Origin: Candidatus Poribacteria bacterium
GTDB taxonomy: Bacteria; Poribacteria; WGA-4E; UBA9662
Direction of reading: 5' to 3'
NCBI GenBank assembly: GCA_046582655.1
Contig: JAYGDX010000117.1
Span: forward strand, 1-24,216
Length of the DNA: 24,216 bases
A program made the translations under genes and the position numbers. Positions 9,077 through 18,642 of this stretch are shown in pieces (the first letter of the stretch is position 1; each line of letters begins with the position of its first letter). The notes beneath the pieces are model-generated. The model was not told the DNA's origin, did not search any database, and saw only the letters and a list, made by a program, of their open reading frames with translations.

Positions 9077-10174
9077 ATGGATAAAGTCTATCGTGTCGCC
9101 ATCATTGGTACTGGACGCATGGGAGGTCTTATCGAAGACGAGTTGTCAGTTAACCAGTTTTCCAGCCCCTACGGTCACTTCAGTGCATATCAACACATCC
9201 AACAAACCGAAGTTGTCGCCGTTGCTAATCGAGGTTCAGACCGTTTACAAAGGTTTGCCAAACGGTTTGGTATTGCCAATACTTATCTTGATTACCAACA
9301 GATGATTGAGAAAGAAAAACCAGATATTGTCAGCATTACTACCCCTTCCTTTGCACGGTCTAAACCAATCATCTTTGCAGCCGAGCATGGCGTTAAAGGT
9401 ATCTATGCTGAAAAGGGATTGTGCGCTTCGTTGGAAGAAGCAGACCGAATATCGATGGCATGCAGCCAAAATAGCATTGCCTTTAACTGGGGTGCTATGC
9501 GCCGTCATCACAATGGATTTATTCGCCTGCGGGAGGCGATTCAAAACGGGGAAATCGGTCAACTACGCTATGCCATTATGTACGCGCAAACAGATCTCAT
9601 CAAGCACCACCCACATACTTTAGATCTCGTTTCAATGTTACTTGGCGATCCGCAACCAGTTTGGGTAGAAGGGCAATTGATAGAATCACAAGGCACGCGT
9701 TCAGCACCCGATTACGATGTCCAACAGCATGCGTTTCTGCCACCGGAAGGAGAGGAGACAGCTGATCCGATGGTAGACTTCTTTCGTGTCGGTTATGCTC
9801 ATAGTGGTGAGCAGGAAACACACACGGAAGGGATATTCTTGCCGGTTGCAGGACGATTCGACATCGATGTACATGGTACAGAAGGAACAGCAATGGCTTG
9901 GGACAATGGTGGTACCTTCCGCATTCGCCGTGGACATAGAAAAACAGATGAAATCGAGGGAAAGGTTATCAAACCGACAGGTGAAAGCCCAACGGTCTGT
10001 ACCATTCGGGACATTATACGTGAGATAGAAACCGGACAACGCACATCTGGGAATATTGACGTCACTATGCAGTCAGTAGAAGTGCAGTTTGGGTTAGCTC
10101 ATTCTCACTTACAAGGTGGAAAGAGAATACCATTGCCAGTTTCGGATCGTCGGCTTTATATTCCCGGCGGCTGA
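9077..10174 (+). CDS. Gfo/Idh/MocA family oxidoreductase
   Basis: Rossmann motif RVAIIGTGRMG, PDIVSITTP, AEKG (EKP-like), GEIG and HTLD. ATG 9077 follows GAAGGA; an alternative start is at 9062. Confidence 0.88.
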   Translation: MDKVYRVAIIGTGRMGGLIEDELSVNQFSSPYGHFSAYQHIQQTEVVAVANRGSDRLQRFAKRFGIANTYLDYQQMIEKEKPDIVSITTPSFARSKPIIFAAEHGVKGIYAEKGLCASLEEADRISMACSQNSIAFNWGAMRRHHNGFIRLREAIQNGEIGQLRYAIMYAQTDLIKHHPHTLDLVSMLLGDPQPVWVEGQLIESQGTRSAPDYDVQQHAFLPPEGEETADPMVDFFRVGYAHSGEQETHTEGIFLPVAGRFDIDVHGTEGTAMAWDNGGTFRIRRGHRKTDEIEGKVIKPTGESPTVCTIRDIIREIETGQRTSGNIDVTMQSVEVQFGLAHSHLQGGKRIPLPVSDRRLYIPGG

Positions 10175-10204
10175 CCCGTCGTTCAAATAAGGATAACTAC
10201 CCAT

Positions 10205-12313
10205 TTGATGATACACCCAGAACCAGAAATCCTACGGCCGACAGTCGATTGGCTAATTGATGGCACCCAATTTCGAGCGCAAGTTTATCGCAACGGTGCT
10301 GATTTGGTTCTGAGTAATGGCCTGATTCGACGTGCCTGGCGTTTAGAGATGAACGCGGCCTGTGTTGCTTATGATAATTTAATCACTGGAGATCCTCTTC
10401 TACGCGCTGTTCGCCCTGAAGCACAAATCACTATTAACGAAGAGGTGTTTTCGGTTGGTGGACTGATGGGGCAATCGAACCACGCATACCTGACAGAAGA
10501 ATTTATCGAGCTGCTCAAAGACGATCCACAGAGCTTACGCTTTTCTGGCTTTCGGGTTGGCAAACCGACCGCACGATTGATATGGAAATTCGTTCGCCAC
10601 CATGCCCTGGAGGCAAAGTAGGCCTCCCGAAGGTCTTACTTTGGAGATGGATTTTGTTCCTTCTGATGAGGATCCGTCATTTTCTGTGACAATTTACTAT
10701 CAGCTTTACAGTGGTATTCCTGCCATTTCAAAGTGGTTAACCATACAGAATCTGGGTAAGGAAACAATTACTGTTAATCAATTTACATCTGAAATCTTGG
10801 CTGTCGTACCATATGAAGATCCAGTTGAGTGGCGAGACGTTCCAATTATACCTCCGAATCTTCATGTTGAAACGGACTACGCTTTTGGCGGTTTCAGCCA
10901 TAAAAACAGCTCAAAGCATTCCGTGTATTGGACAACAGATCCCCAGTTTCACACTCAGGTTAATTATGCCAATCGGAATCCGTGCCTGCTTGAGGTTCGT
11001 CCACCACAGGGGCCGGCACAGGACATCCTACCCGAAGGAACTTTTGAATCATTTCGGGCGTTTGAACTGCTCTACGACTCAACTAATCGAGAGCGAAGAG
11101 GTCTAGCTCTTCGGAGATTGTATCGCATTATTGCCCCGTGGATCACTGAAAACCCTTTAATCTTGCACGTTGTCAGTACAAATCCAGAGACAGTACGAAA
11201 CGCTATTGATCAAGCATCAAACTGTGGTTTCGAGATGATTAGCTTGAGTTTCGGCAGCGGAATCAACATGGAGGATGAAAACGACGATAACTACCAAAAA
11301 TGTGAAAATTTGGCCGACTACGCCGATTCAAAAGGGTTACATCTTGGCGGTTACTCTCTCGTATCCAACCTGACATTGATAATATTGTCAATCCCAAAAC
11401 AGGTAACCCAGGTGATCAGACGCATGGTTACTGCCCAGCGCTAGCCTCTAAGTGGGGACAAAACTACTTTCGAAAACTGCGAGCTTTTTTTGAGAAGACA
11501 GGTTTTCTTCAGTTCACACATGACGGTTCTTATCCGGGTGACGTTGACGCAGCAGTCCGTCCACCGTTACAAAAAGGTGTTGAAGATTCGCAACGGATCC
11601 AGTGGAAAATAGTTACCGATTTCTATAAGTGGCAAAGATCCCTCGGTATTTATGTGCGTGTACCGGATTACTATTTTCTGAGTGGATCAAACGAGTGCGG
11701 TATGGGATATCGAGAAGTGAGCTGGTCTCTGCCACGTATCCAACAGCAGATTCATACCCGTCAAAATATCTTCGACGGCACATGGGAGAAAACACCAAGC
11801 ATGGGTTGGATGTTTGTACCGCTAACGCAGTATCACGGAGGTGGGGATGCAGCCACTATTGAACCATTAAATCAACATCTGGATCACTATGAAATTATGC
11901 TAGCCGCCAATTTACTGTTCGGTGTACAAGCAGTTTATCGTGGAATCCGTTTGTACGATGGGGAAAAGACAAAAGAGATGGTCAGTCGAATGGTCGCACT
12001 TTATAAAAAATATCGCCATATTCTTGAGTCGGATTTGATACATCTAAGACGAGCTAACGGACGCACAATCGACTACATGTTGCACAGCAATCCTAAACTG
12101 CCAGAAAAGGGATTTTTATCTGTCTTTAACCCAACCCCAAAGAGCATAACTGAAGTTATTGAATTACCCCTTTACTACACAGGGTTAACGGATACTGCTG
12201 AGATAAGTCAGAGAGACAATCTGTCCACAACATACAGATTGGATCGAGATTATTGTGTTGAACTGCCAGTTACGGTTCCTGCAACCAGTTACACTTGGTT
12301 TGTGGTTCGTTGA
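10205..12313 (+). pseudogene. Alpha-galactosidase-like (GH36/GH27 clan D-like) glycoside hydrolase pseudogene
   Basis: Three fragments join into about 700 aa. A 1-nt insertion near 10620 turns AAG TGG CCT into AAG TAG GCC T. A frameshifting lesion near 11360 is followed by a frame reading RIQPDIDN...HDGSYPGD...VRVPDYY straight into the 11654 ORF. Motifs LSNGLIRR, LSFGSG and HDGSY. Confidence 0.75.
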
Positions 12314-12358
12314 AATAGTAAAAACGGTAATATTCACGTTAATGGAGTGTAGAACAGA

Positions 12359-12904
12359 ATGATCAGAATGGCAACTCACGCTCGGTTGCTGACGTTGGCC
12401 GGTGTCTCGCTGACAGCTTTCGCCATGGCCAATCCTTCCACTCAACTTCTATAGGTGTTTATCTTAGCTGGTCAATCTAACATGGAGGGACTGAGAAGTA
12501 GCAGACCTGGATCATCCAGAATATTACAATGGCGATAAGGGAACACTGGAAAGTGTAATGCTTGTTCCTGACAAGGCACATTTATATAAGCACTTGAAGG
12601 ATACGGATGAAAAGTGGATAGTTCGCTGGGATATCTGGGTACGGTTTCGAGTCAAAGACGGGATCGAGAAAGGGAAGTTGACAATCGTAATTCACCGGAT
12701 ATCTCGGTAGACACCTCATTGATCCTGAATTACAGTTAGAGCATGGGTAATACTATTAAGGCGCAGATACTGCTAACCATTTGCCCTTTCAACGGAAGAA
12801 TCCCCGAACGATAGCCACAGCCATCACTGGTTCGGCAACGCAGAGAACTATTTTCTAATTGCGCACTAGGTAAAGCGATGCTAAAGTTGATAAAAGCGAA
12901 CTAA
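12359..12904 (+). pseudogene. Degenerate SASA/sialate O-acetylesterase paralog (tandem copy of the downstream gene)
   Basis: A signal-like N-terminus is followed by TAG at 12452 and VFILAGQSNMEG. After frameshifts the fragments read YKHLKD..KW.VR.DIWV, PELQ, HHWFGNAENYFLI and ALGKAMLKLIKAN*. The central region is deleted. Confidence 0.85.
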
Positions 12905-12929
12905 TCAAAACCATAGGAATACGATCCAC

Positions 12930-13883
12930 ATGCACAACCAATGGATAAGTATCTGGAGTCTAATTGCCACACTGCCATTTACCGTGTCAATAGATGTGAT
13001 AAGATCCCCGGTGAAAGTCTTCATACTCTGCGGACAATCTAACATGGAGGGCAAGGGTAGCATCGAACATCTTGATGAGTTGACCAAATCTGACCCCGAC
13101 ACCTATGGACACCTGAAAACAAAATCGGGGAAATGGAGAGTCCGTGAGGATGTCTGGATCGAGTTTCTGGGTTGCAAGGGAGGATTGACGGTTGGTTATG
13201 CACAACCGCCGAACCGCTTCGGTCCGGAACTGCAATTTGGTAATTTACTAGGTGACGCACTCGCGGAACCGGTGCTGTTGATCAAGACTGCTTGGGGTGG
13301 TCGCAGTCTGGCGGTAGACTTCCGCTCGCCCAGTGCCGGAAAAGTACCGTATGAGTTGGACGAGGAACTACAAGCCCGCATTGACAATGGTGAATACAAG
13401 GTCGGTACTTACTTTCATGAAACTGTTACGATCGTTTATAAAGTGCTTGAGGATTTGGATAAATATTTTCCAGCTTTCAAAGGACACGGCTACGAGATTG
13501 CCGGATTTGTATGGTTCCAAGGTTGGAACGATCGTATCAACCAGCAGCATAATGATCATTATGCCGACAATCTCTCTCATTTCATTCGGGACGTACGTAA
13601 AGCATTTGGTAATCCGAATCTACCATTCATCATCGGTGAATCCGGTCAGGGCGGCGTGGACGAGAAACATCCACGCGCGTTGTCGCTTATGCAACATCAG
13701 GTTGCTGTGGCCATGATACCTGAATTCAAAGAGAGCAATGTACAGTTCTTGGAAACAAAGATCTATTTTGAAAACGAGCCTCAGTTCGATGGTGGTTACC
13801 ACTGGTTTGGCAATGCCGAGAATTTCTTTAATATCGGTGATGCTATGGGTAAGGCGATGTTGAAATTGTTGGAGCACAACTGA
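12930..13883 (+). CDS. SASA-domain (DUF303) SGNH carbohydrate esterase / sialate O-acetylesterase-like
   Basis: Motifs VFILCGQSNM (catalytic Ser), FGPELQFG, IKTAWGG, WFQGWND and DGGYHW (catalytic His). Confidence 0.9.
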   Translation: MHNQWISIWSLIATLPFTVSIDVIRSPVKVFILCGQSNMEGKGSIEHLDELTKSDPDTYGHLKTKSGKWRVREDVWIEFLGCKGGLTVGYAQPPNRFGPELQFGNLLGDALAEPVLLIKTAWGGRSLAVDFRSPSAGKVPYELDEELQARIDNGEYKVGTYFHETVTIVYKVLEDLDKYFPAFKGHGYEIAGFVWFQGWNDRINQQHNDHYADNLSHFIRDVRKAFGNPNLPFIIGESGQGGVDEKHPRALSLMQHQVAVAMIPEFKESNVQFLETKIYFENEPQFDGGYHWFGNAENFFNIGDAMGKAMLKLLEHN

Positions 13884-14255
13884 TGTTAAAGCTTTGTCGG
13901 CAAGTCTCGGTTGCTCATGCAGTAATAGCCGCACATTCTGTAAGTAGGTGGTAAAGATCCGCACACACACAAATTCTACGCCAAGATTGGATTGCAAATT
14001 CCAAACTAAAAACCAAGCTAAGAATAAGGAAGTGTTTTAGGTTTGGACCAAATTAAGTTAGCAGAAACGATACTCAAAAAATCAATTATGTCTTGTTGAA
14101 TAGTTTCAGTAACCAGAAACTTTTGCTTGATTTCAGTAAAAATGTTATCATCTTTTTTACGGGGTATTTCGGCTGGATACCGAATAAATACATCCTTCTC
14201 CAATTGAGGTAAATGGACCTATTGCATACGATATATAAAGAGTTGGGTTTTCGTT

Positions 14256-14283
14256 TTGATTTTATATTTAGCTGTGCTAGAAT
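14256..14283 (+). promoter_or_regulatory. Putative sigma70 promoter of the proteasome operon
   Basis: TTGATT (14256-14261), a 16-nt spacer, and an extended -10 TG-c-TAGAAT (14275-14283). RBS TAAGGAG at 14315-14321. Confidence 0.5.
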
Positions 14284-14325
14284 GGGGACTAAACTGTCTT
14301 CAACGTTTCGACTATAAGGAGCAGC

Positions 14326-16071
14326 ATGATGGGAGATAATCGCGGGAAGAAATCAACGCAACAATTTGAGGAGGATTTTCTGCTCTTCGTGGATAATGAA
14401 TCTGGTGATAATGATGAGCAGATTAATCTCCCAAGATCGCTAATTCTTGTCGAACGACTCATCTATACAATTGAAAACGAGAACCCAATTAAGCAAATTT
14501 TATATGATTTGCGGCGTGAGATTATTCAGGAAGAGATCACTTTTCAAGAAGCGAGAAAAGCCATTGCGGAAATGCAGTCATCAATTGATAAGTTGACTGC
14601 TCCTGCCAATCGAGTTGCTACATTGATCAATCTGGCAACGAAAGATTGCGCTCAGGTCATTTTGGGAGGATCAGAATATTATACCAATATCGACTCGGCT
14701 ATTGATCCAGTCAGCCTGAAGATTGGTCATAGCGTTTTGCTCAACGAAGCTTATGTCATTGTAGGGGATTTAGGGTATAATCAATTTGGTCCAACGGTTA
14801 AAGTTACAGATTTACTGCCTGATGGAAGATTACAAATTGGGCAGGAACAAGGATTGAATTCACAAGTATTGCAGCGTTCATCCGATCTGGCTGATGAGAA
14901 TTTAAAGACTGGTGACCAAGTTCGCGTAGATCCAAATTTCAGAGTTGCTCTTGAAAGGATCGAAGGACAGGAAGCCAGTCATTATTACGTTGAAGATCTG
15001 CCGGAAGTTCCTTGGGAAAAAATTGGTGGGCTAGATGATACCATCCAGTTGATTAAAGATACTATCGAACTGCCAATTCTGCATCCAGATTTATTTAGAA
15101 AGTTTGATTTTTCAATGCCAAAAGGTTTTCTGCTGCATGGGCCTCCAGGGTGCGGCAAAACCCTCATCGGTAAGGCAACTGCGTACGGACTGACAGAACG
15201 ACTGAAGGAAGAAAGTAATATCGATATAGAAGGATGTTTTTTACATATCAAGGGTCCTGAGATCCTCAACATGTGGCTGGGAGAATCCGAGCGAAAAGTC
15301 CGCGAAATTTTTGATATAGCGCGTCAGAAAAAGAAAGAGGGAATGCTTCCATTTATTTTTATCGATGAAGCAGAATCTATTCTGGGAACACGACGATCTT
15401 TGCGGGCGCACAATATATCCAATACTATAGTCCCAATGTTCTGTGCAGAAATGGACGGGATAGAATCACTACAGGATATTGTAATTATTTTGGCAACAAA
15501 TCGACCTGATTTAATTGATCCAGCGGTTTTGCGTCCCGGTCGCATTGATCGAAAAATTAAAGTTAACCGTCCTGATAAAGAGTCGGCATCCAAAATTCTT
15601 AATATCTATCTGACTCGGGAACTTCCAATTTCTCCTGAATTGCTGGAGAAACACGAAAATAATATCACCTGTGCCATTGATGATTTGACTGATCAACTGA
15701 TTAATGAAATGTTCTCACGAACAGAAGTGAACAGATTCTTGGAAGTCTCGCTCCAAAGCGGCCGGCGGGATATTCTGCATCGCGGAGATCTGTGTAGCGG
15801 TGCAATCATCGCCTCAATTGTTCAACGCGCCAAGGAATCAGCGATTAAGCGTATCATCCAGAGTGGTGATGAGTCGATCGGTATTTGCTTAGAAGATCTG
15901 CTAGATGGTTTCCATGCCGAATACGCAGAAAGCGACATTTTTCCCACAACAGACAATATATCTGATTGGCTGAAACTTATCGATTATGACTCCGAAAATG
16001 TAGTCAAAGTGGTACCAACTCGTCCGGAAAAATCAAAACGCAAGAAGCAAGCACATACTAGTGTAATTTAA
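14326..16071 (+). CDS. arc: Proteasome-associated AAA+ ATPase (ARC/Mpa family)
   Basis: N-terminal coiled coil and OB-like region (LLNEA, DGRL), Walker A GPPGCGKT, HIKGPEILN..GESE, Walker B FIFIDE and SRH TNRPDLIDPAVLRPGRID. It is the first gene of the operon. Confidence 0.95.
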   Translation: MMGDNRGKKSTQQFEEDFLLFVDNESGDNDEQINLPRSLILVERLIYTIENENPIKQILYDLRREIIQEEITFQEARKAIAEMQSSIDKLTAPANRVATLINLATKDCAQVILGGSEYYTNIDSAIDPVSLKIGHSVLLNEAYVIVGDLGYNQFGPTVKVTDLLPDGRLQIGQEQGLNSQVLQRSSDLADENLKTGDQVRVDPNFRVALERIEGQEASHYYVEDLPEVPWEKIGGLDDTIQLIKDTIELPILHPDLFRKFDFSMPKGFLLHGPPGCGKTLIGKATAYGLTERLKEESNIDIEGCFLHIKGPEILNMWLGESERKVREIFDIARQKKKEGMLPFIFIDEAESILGTRRSLRAHNISNTIVPMFCAEMDGIESLQDIVIILATNRPDLIDPAVLRPGRIDRKIKVNRPDKESASKILNIYLTRELPISPELLEKHENNITCAIDDLTDQLINEMFSRTEVNRFLEVSLQSGRRDILHRGDLCSGAIIASIVQRAKESAIKRIIQSGDESIGICLEDLLDGFHAEYAESDIFPTTDNISDWLKLIDYDSENVVKVVPTRPEKSKRKKQAHTSVI

Positions 16072-17589
16072 ATGAATAGACTTATTGGAATTGAGACGGA
16101 ATATGGTATTACGCTGAATACCGAACAGGAATGTGACCCTGTCCGCGAATCGATTGAACTGATCAAAAGCTATCGCCATGAAGATTTTCGGCCAATGTGG
16201 GATTACAAAGGCGAAGATCCTTTTCGTGATGAACGAGGCTTTCGTGCAAATACTCTGCATGAACATCCCGATGAGGCAAACTATCAGGAGATGGATCAGC
16301 AACATCCCGAAAGTTTTGTCGAGATCAAAAGCGACCTTATTTTAACCAACGGTGCAAGGCTTTATAATGATCACGCTCATCCGGAATACTCGACGGCAGA
16401 ATGCCAGAATTTGTTTGACTTAATCGCTCACGATAAAGCTGGGGAACGGATCCTTCAGCAGTGCGCTGTACGCCGTAGTCAAAAGCTGAATAAAGATGTG
16501 ATCCTATACAAAAACAACACCGATTACAAAGGTCACAGTTATGGTTGTCATGATAACTACCTGATGCGTCGTGATATTCCTTTTGATTACCTAAAAGAAA
16601 GCCTGATACCGTTTTTGGTCACGCGTCAAATTTTTGCCGGTGCAGGCAAACTTGGGATTGAGTCAGAAGAAGAAGGAATGGTTTCTCCTGGATCTTATCA
16701 AATCAGTCAGCGAGCTGATTTTTTTCAGGTTGAAGCCAGCATCGATACCATGCACAAACGACCAATCTTTAACACGCGGGACGAACCGCACGCAGATCCC
16801 CAGAAATATCGACGACTACACGGAATTGCTGGGGACGCTAACATGTCTGAGTACTCGACGGCATTGAAGATTGGGTCAACTGCATTGGTCATTGATTTAA
16901 TTGAATCACGGTTGATTCCGGATAATTTCGCCGTTATTGAACCTATCCGTGCTATCAAAGAAATATCACGAGATCAAACCTACCGATGGCAACTCAATCT
17001 GAAAAACGGCAAGACTACAACGGCCATTGATCTACAAAGGCAATATCTTGAACTTGCCCAGCAACATCTTGATCCCAACAATGGTGAAACTGATTGGATT
17101 CTAGCTGAGTGGGGAGCTATACTTAACCAATTGGAGCAGGAGCCAATGGAATTGGTGGATCGAATTGATTGGGTGACAAAAAAATGGCTTCTTACTACTT
17201 TTGTTGAAGAGGAAGGGATTGAGTGGGATGACCCGTGGCTACAGAGTCTAGCGCTTCAATACCACGATATTGATCCGGAAAGTGGGCTTTACTACGCGCT
17301 TGAAACGCAGGGCTCCATGCGTCGTGTTGTCACAGATGGTCAGATTAATCACGCCATTCATAACCCTCCGAAAGATACCCGTGCCTATTTTCGGGGTAAG
17401 TCGATTGATAAATTTACCAACCAGATAGAATCAGTCCAATGGGATCATGTCACCTTTAGCCTCAATGGGAAGGCGATCTCAGTCAACATGAATAAATTGA
17501 CCGATCCAGAAATTGCCGAAAAGTATAATCGGGTTCTTGATCAGGCTCAAACAGTAGAAGAACTAATTGATAACCTAGGCATCGGATGA
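16072..17589 (+). CDS. dop: Dop depupylase/deamidase (PafA2 family)
   Basis: Motifs GIETEYG, Dop-loop WDYKGEDPFRDERGF, NGARLYNDHAHPEYS, YKNNTD.KG.SYGCH and NTRDEPHAD..KYRRLH. Its ATG directly follows the arc stop. Confidence 0.93.
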   Translation: MNRLIGIETEYGITLNTEQECDPVRESIELIKSYRHEDFRPMWDYKGEDPFRDERGFRANTLHEHPDEANYQEMDQQHPESFVEIKSDLILTNGARLYNDHAHPEYSTAECQNLFDLIAHDKAGERILQQCAVRRSQKLNKDVILYKNNTDYKGHSYGCHDNYLMRRDIPFDYLKESLIPFLVTRQIFAGAGKLGIESEEEGMVSPGSYQISQRADFFQVEASIDTMHKRPIFNTRDEPHADPQKYRRLHGIAGDANMSEYSTALKIGSTALVIDLIESRLIPDNFAVIEPIRAIKEISRDQTYRWQLNLKNGKTTTAIDLQRQYLELAQQHLDPNNGETDWILAEWGAILNQLEQEPMELVDRIDWVTKKWLLTTFVEEEGIEWDDPWLQSLALQYHDIDPESGLYYALETQGSMRRVVTDGQINHAIHNPPKDTRAYFRGKSIDKFTNQIESVQWDHVTFSLNGKAISVNMNKLTDPEIAEKYNRVLDQAQTVEELIDNLGIG

Positions 17590-17626
17590 TTTGCACCTGC
17601 CCATCAGTTAGAAAGGAGATAAATTC

Positions 17627-17842
17627 ATGACAGTTGAAGATGCCTCGAAAAAACGCTATATCCACCTGCGAGATCGCGTTCAAAAACCAACCAAACCAAT
17701 TGGACCGGATGACAGTAGCGACGATGATGACGGTCCTAAGCGTCCGGAGGTCGATAAGCCAAACACCAAAGAGTTACTCCGACGCATGCGGCGTGTTGAT
17801 AAAGATCAGTCCCGGCGTTACCGACAGAGAACTGGTGAGTGA
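17627..17842 (+). CDS. ubact: Ubiquitin-like protein UBact (Pup analogue of diderm bacteria)
   Basis: 71-aa protein with a disorder-promoting composition and AAAGGAG RBS, at the pup position between dop and prcB. It contains GPKRPE and LLRRMRRVD..Q..RYRQRTGE, matching the UBact R[T/S]G[E/Q] terminus rather than Pup GG[E/Q]. Confidence 0.92.
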   Translation: MTVEDASKKRYIHLRDRVQKPTKPIGPDDSSDDDDGPKRPEVDKPNTKELLRRMRRVDKDQSRRYRQRTGE

Positions 17843-18642
17843 CGGTGCCCTCAGGAGATTTCCTAGATCTCTTAAAAACCCACGGTTACGAGTTTCATTT
17901 TGACTCCTCAGGATTGGAACGTGTTTCGAAGGAGGCGAATCTGGAACTGACTGAAGGTACGACAGTCGTAGCTGTTCGTTACAAAGACGGTGTGATGATC
18001 GCCGGAGATCGGCGTGCGACTGCTGGAAATACGGTGATGTATGATCGTGCTGATAAAGTGCTGGAACTCGATGAGTATTCCATAATAGCGGTTGCCGGTT
18101 CACCTGCGATCGCATACGAAATTGCCAGAACGCTTGAGCATTCGTTCCAATATTTTCGTCGAAGTCAGCTACAGGAGCTGAGTTTGGAAGGAAAACTACG
18201 TATGCTTTCGCGGCTAATTCGTGAAAACTTTCCAATGGCGATGCAAGGAGCCGGAGTAATTCCGATCCTGGCAATTTACGACCTCCAGAGCGGAGATGAT
18301 GGAGACGGTAAAATTTTTTTCTACGATGCACTCGGAGCACAATTCGAGGTGAGTGACTTCGCCACTTCCGGTTCTGGATCAGTTTGGATTAGAGGTGTAC
18401 TGTACCATCTCAACCGATGGGGAAAGATTCCACTGGCTAAAATGAACGAAAATCAGGCAATTACTAATATTATGAAACTTCTCGAAACTGCATCGGAGTA
18501 TGATGCGGCAACAGGCGGCTACAACTCACGCTCGGCTATATTTCCGACTATTAAAACAATTACGAGAAATGGTATTGCTGATCTTCAAACTGAGAAATTG
18601 CGTCAAGTCTATGAAAAATCAGTCGAGGTGAAATTTGCTTGA
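17839..18642 (+). CDS. prcB: 20S proteasome beta subunit
   Basis: A 40-aa propeptide precedes EG|TTVV (catalytic Thr1 = residue 41). Also GDRRAT, DKV (Lys33), LSLEGK and SGSGS. GTGA overlaps the ubact stop. Confidence 0.96.
   Translation: MTVPSGDFLDLLKTHGYEFHFDSSGLERVSKEANLELTEGTTVVAVRYKDGVMIAGDRRATAGNTVMYDRADKVLELDEYSIIAVAGSPAIAYEIARTLEHSFQYFRRSQLQELSLEGKLRMLSRLIRENFPMAMQGAGVIPILAIYDLQSGDDGDGKIFFYDALGAQFEVSDFATSGSGSVWIRGVLYHLNRWGKIPLAKMNENQAITNIMKLLETASEYDAATGGYNSRSAIFPTIKTITRNGIADLQTEKLRQVYEKSVEVKFA

Noticed and set aside
14018..14203. 61-aa minus-strand ORF upstream of arc
   Set aside because: It has a TTG start without an RBS and no recognisable motif. It could be a gene remnant, but I cannot support that from sequence alone.
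17627..17842. Calling the small ORF canonical Pup
   Set aside because: It has no GG[E/Q] terminus or FVxxYVQKGG motif; RYRQRTGE matches UBact.
17774..18340. 188-aa antisense ORF, and the other short shadow ORFs in the track
   Set aside because: They lie opposite or out of frame within well-supported genes and have no motifs.
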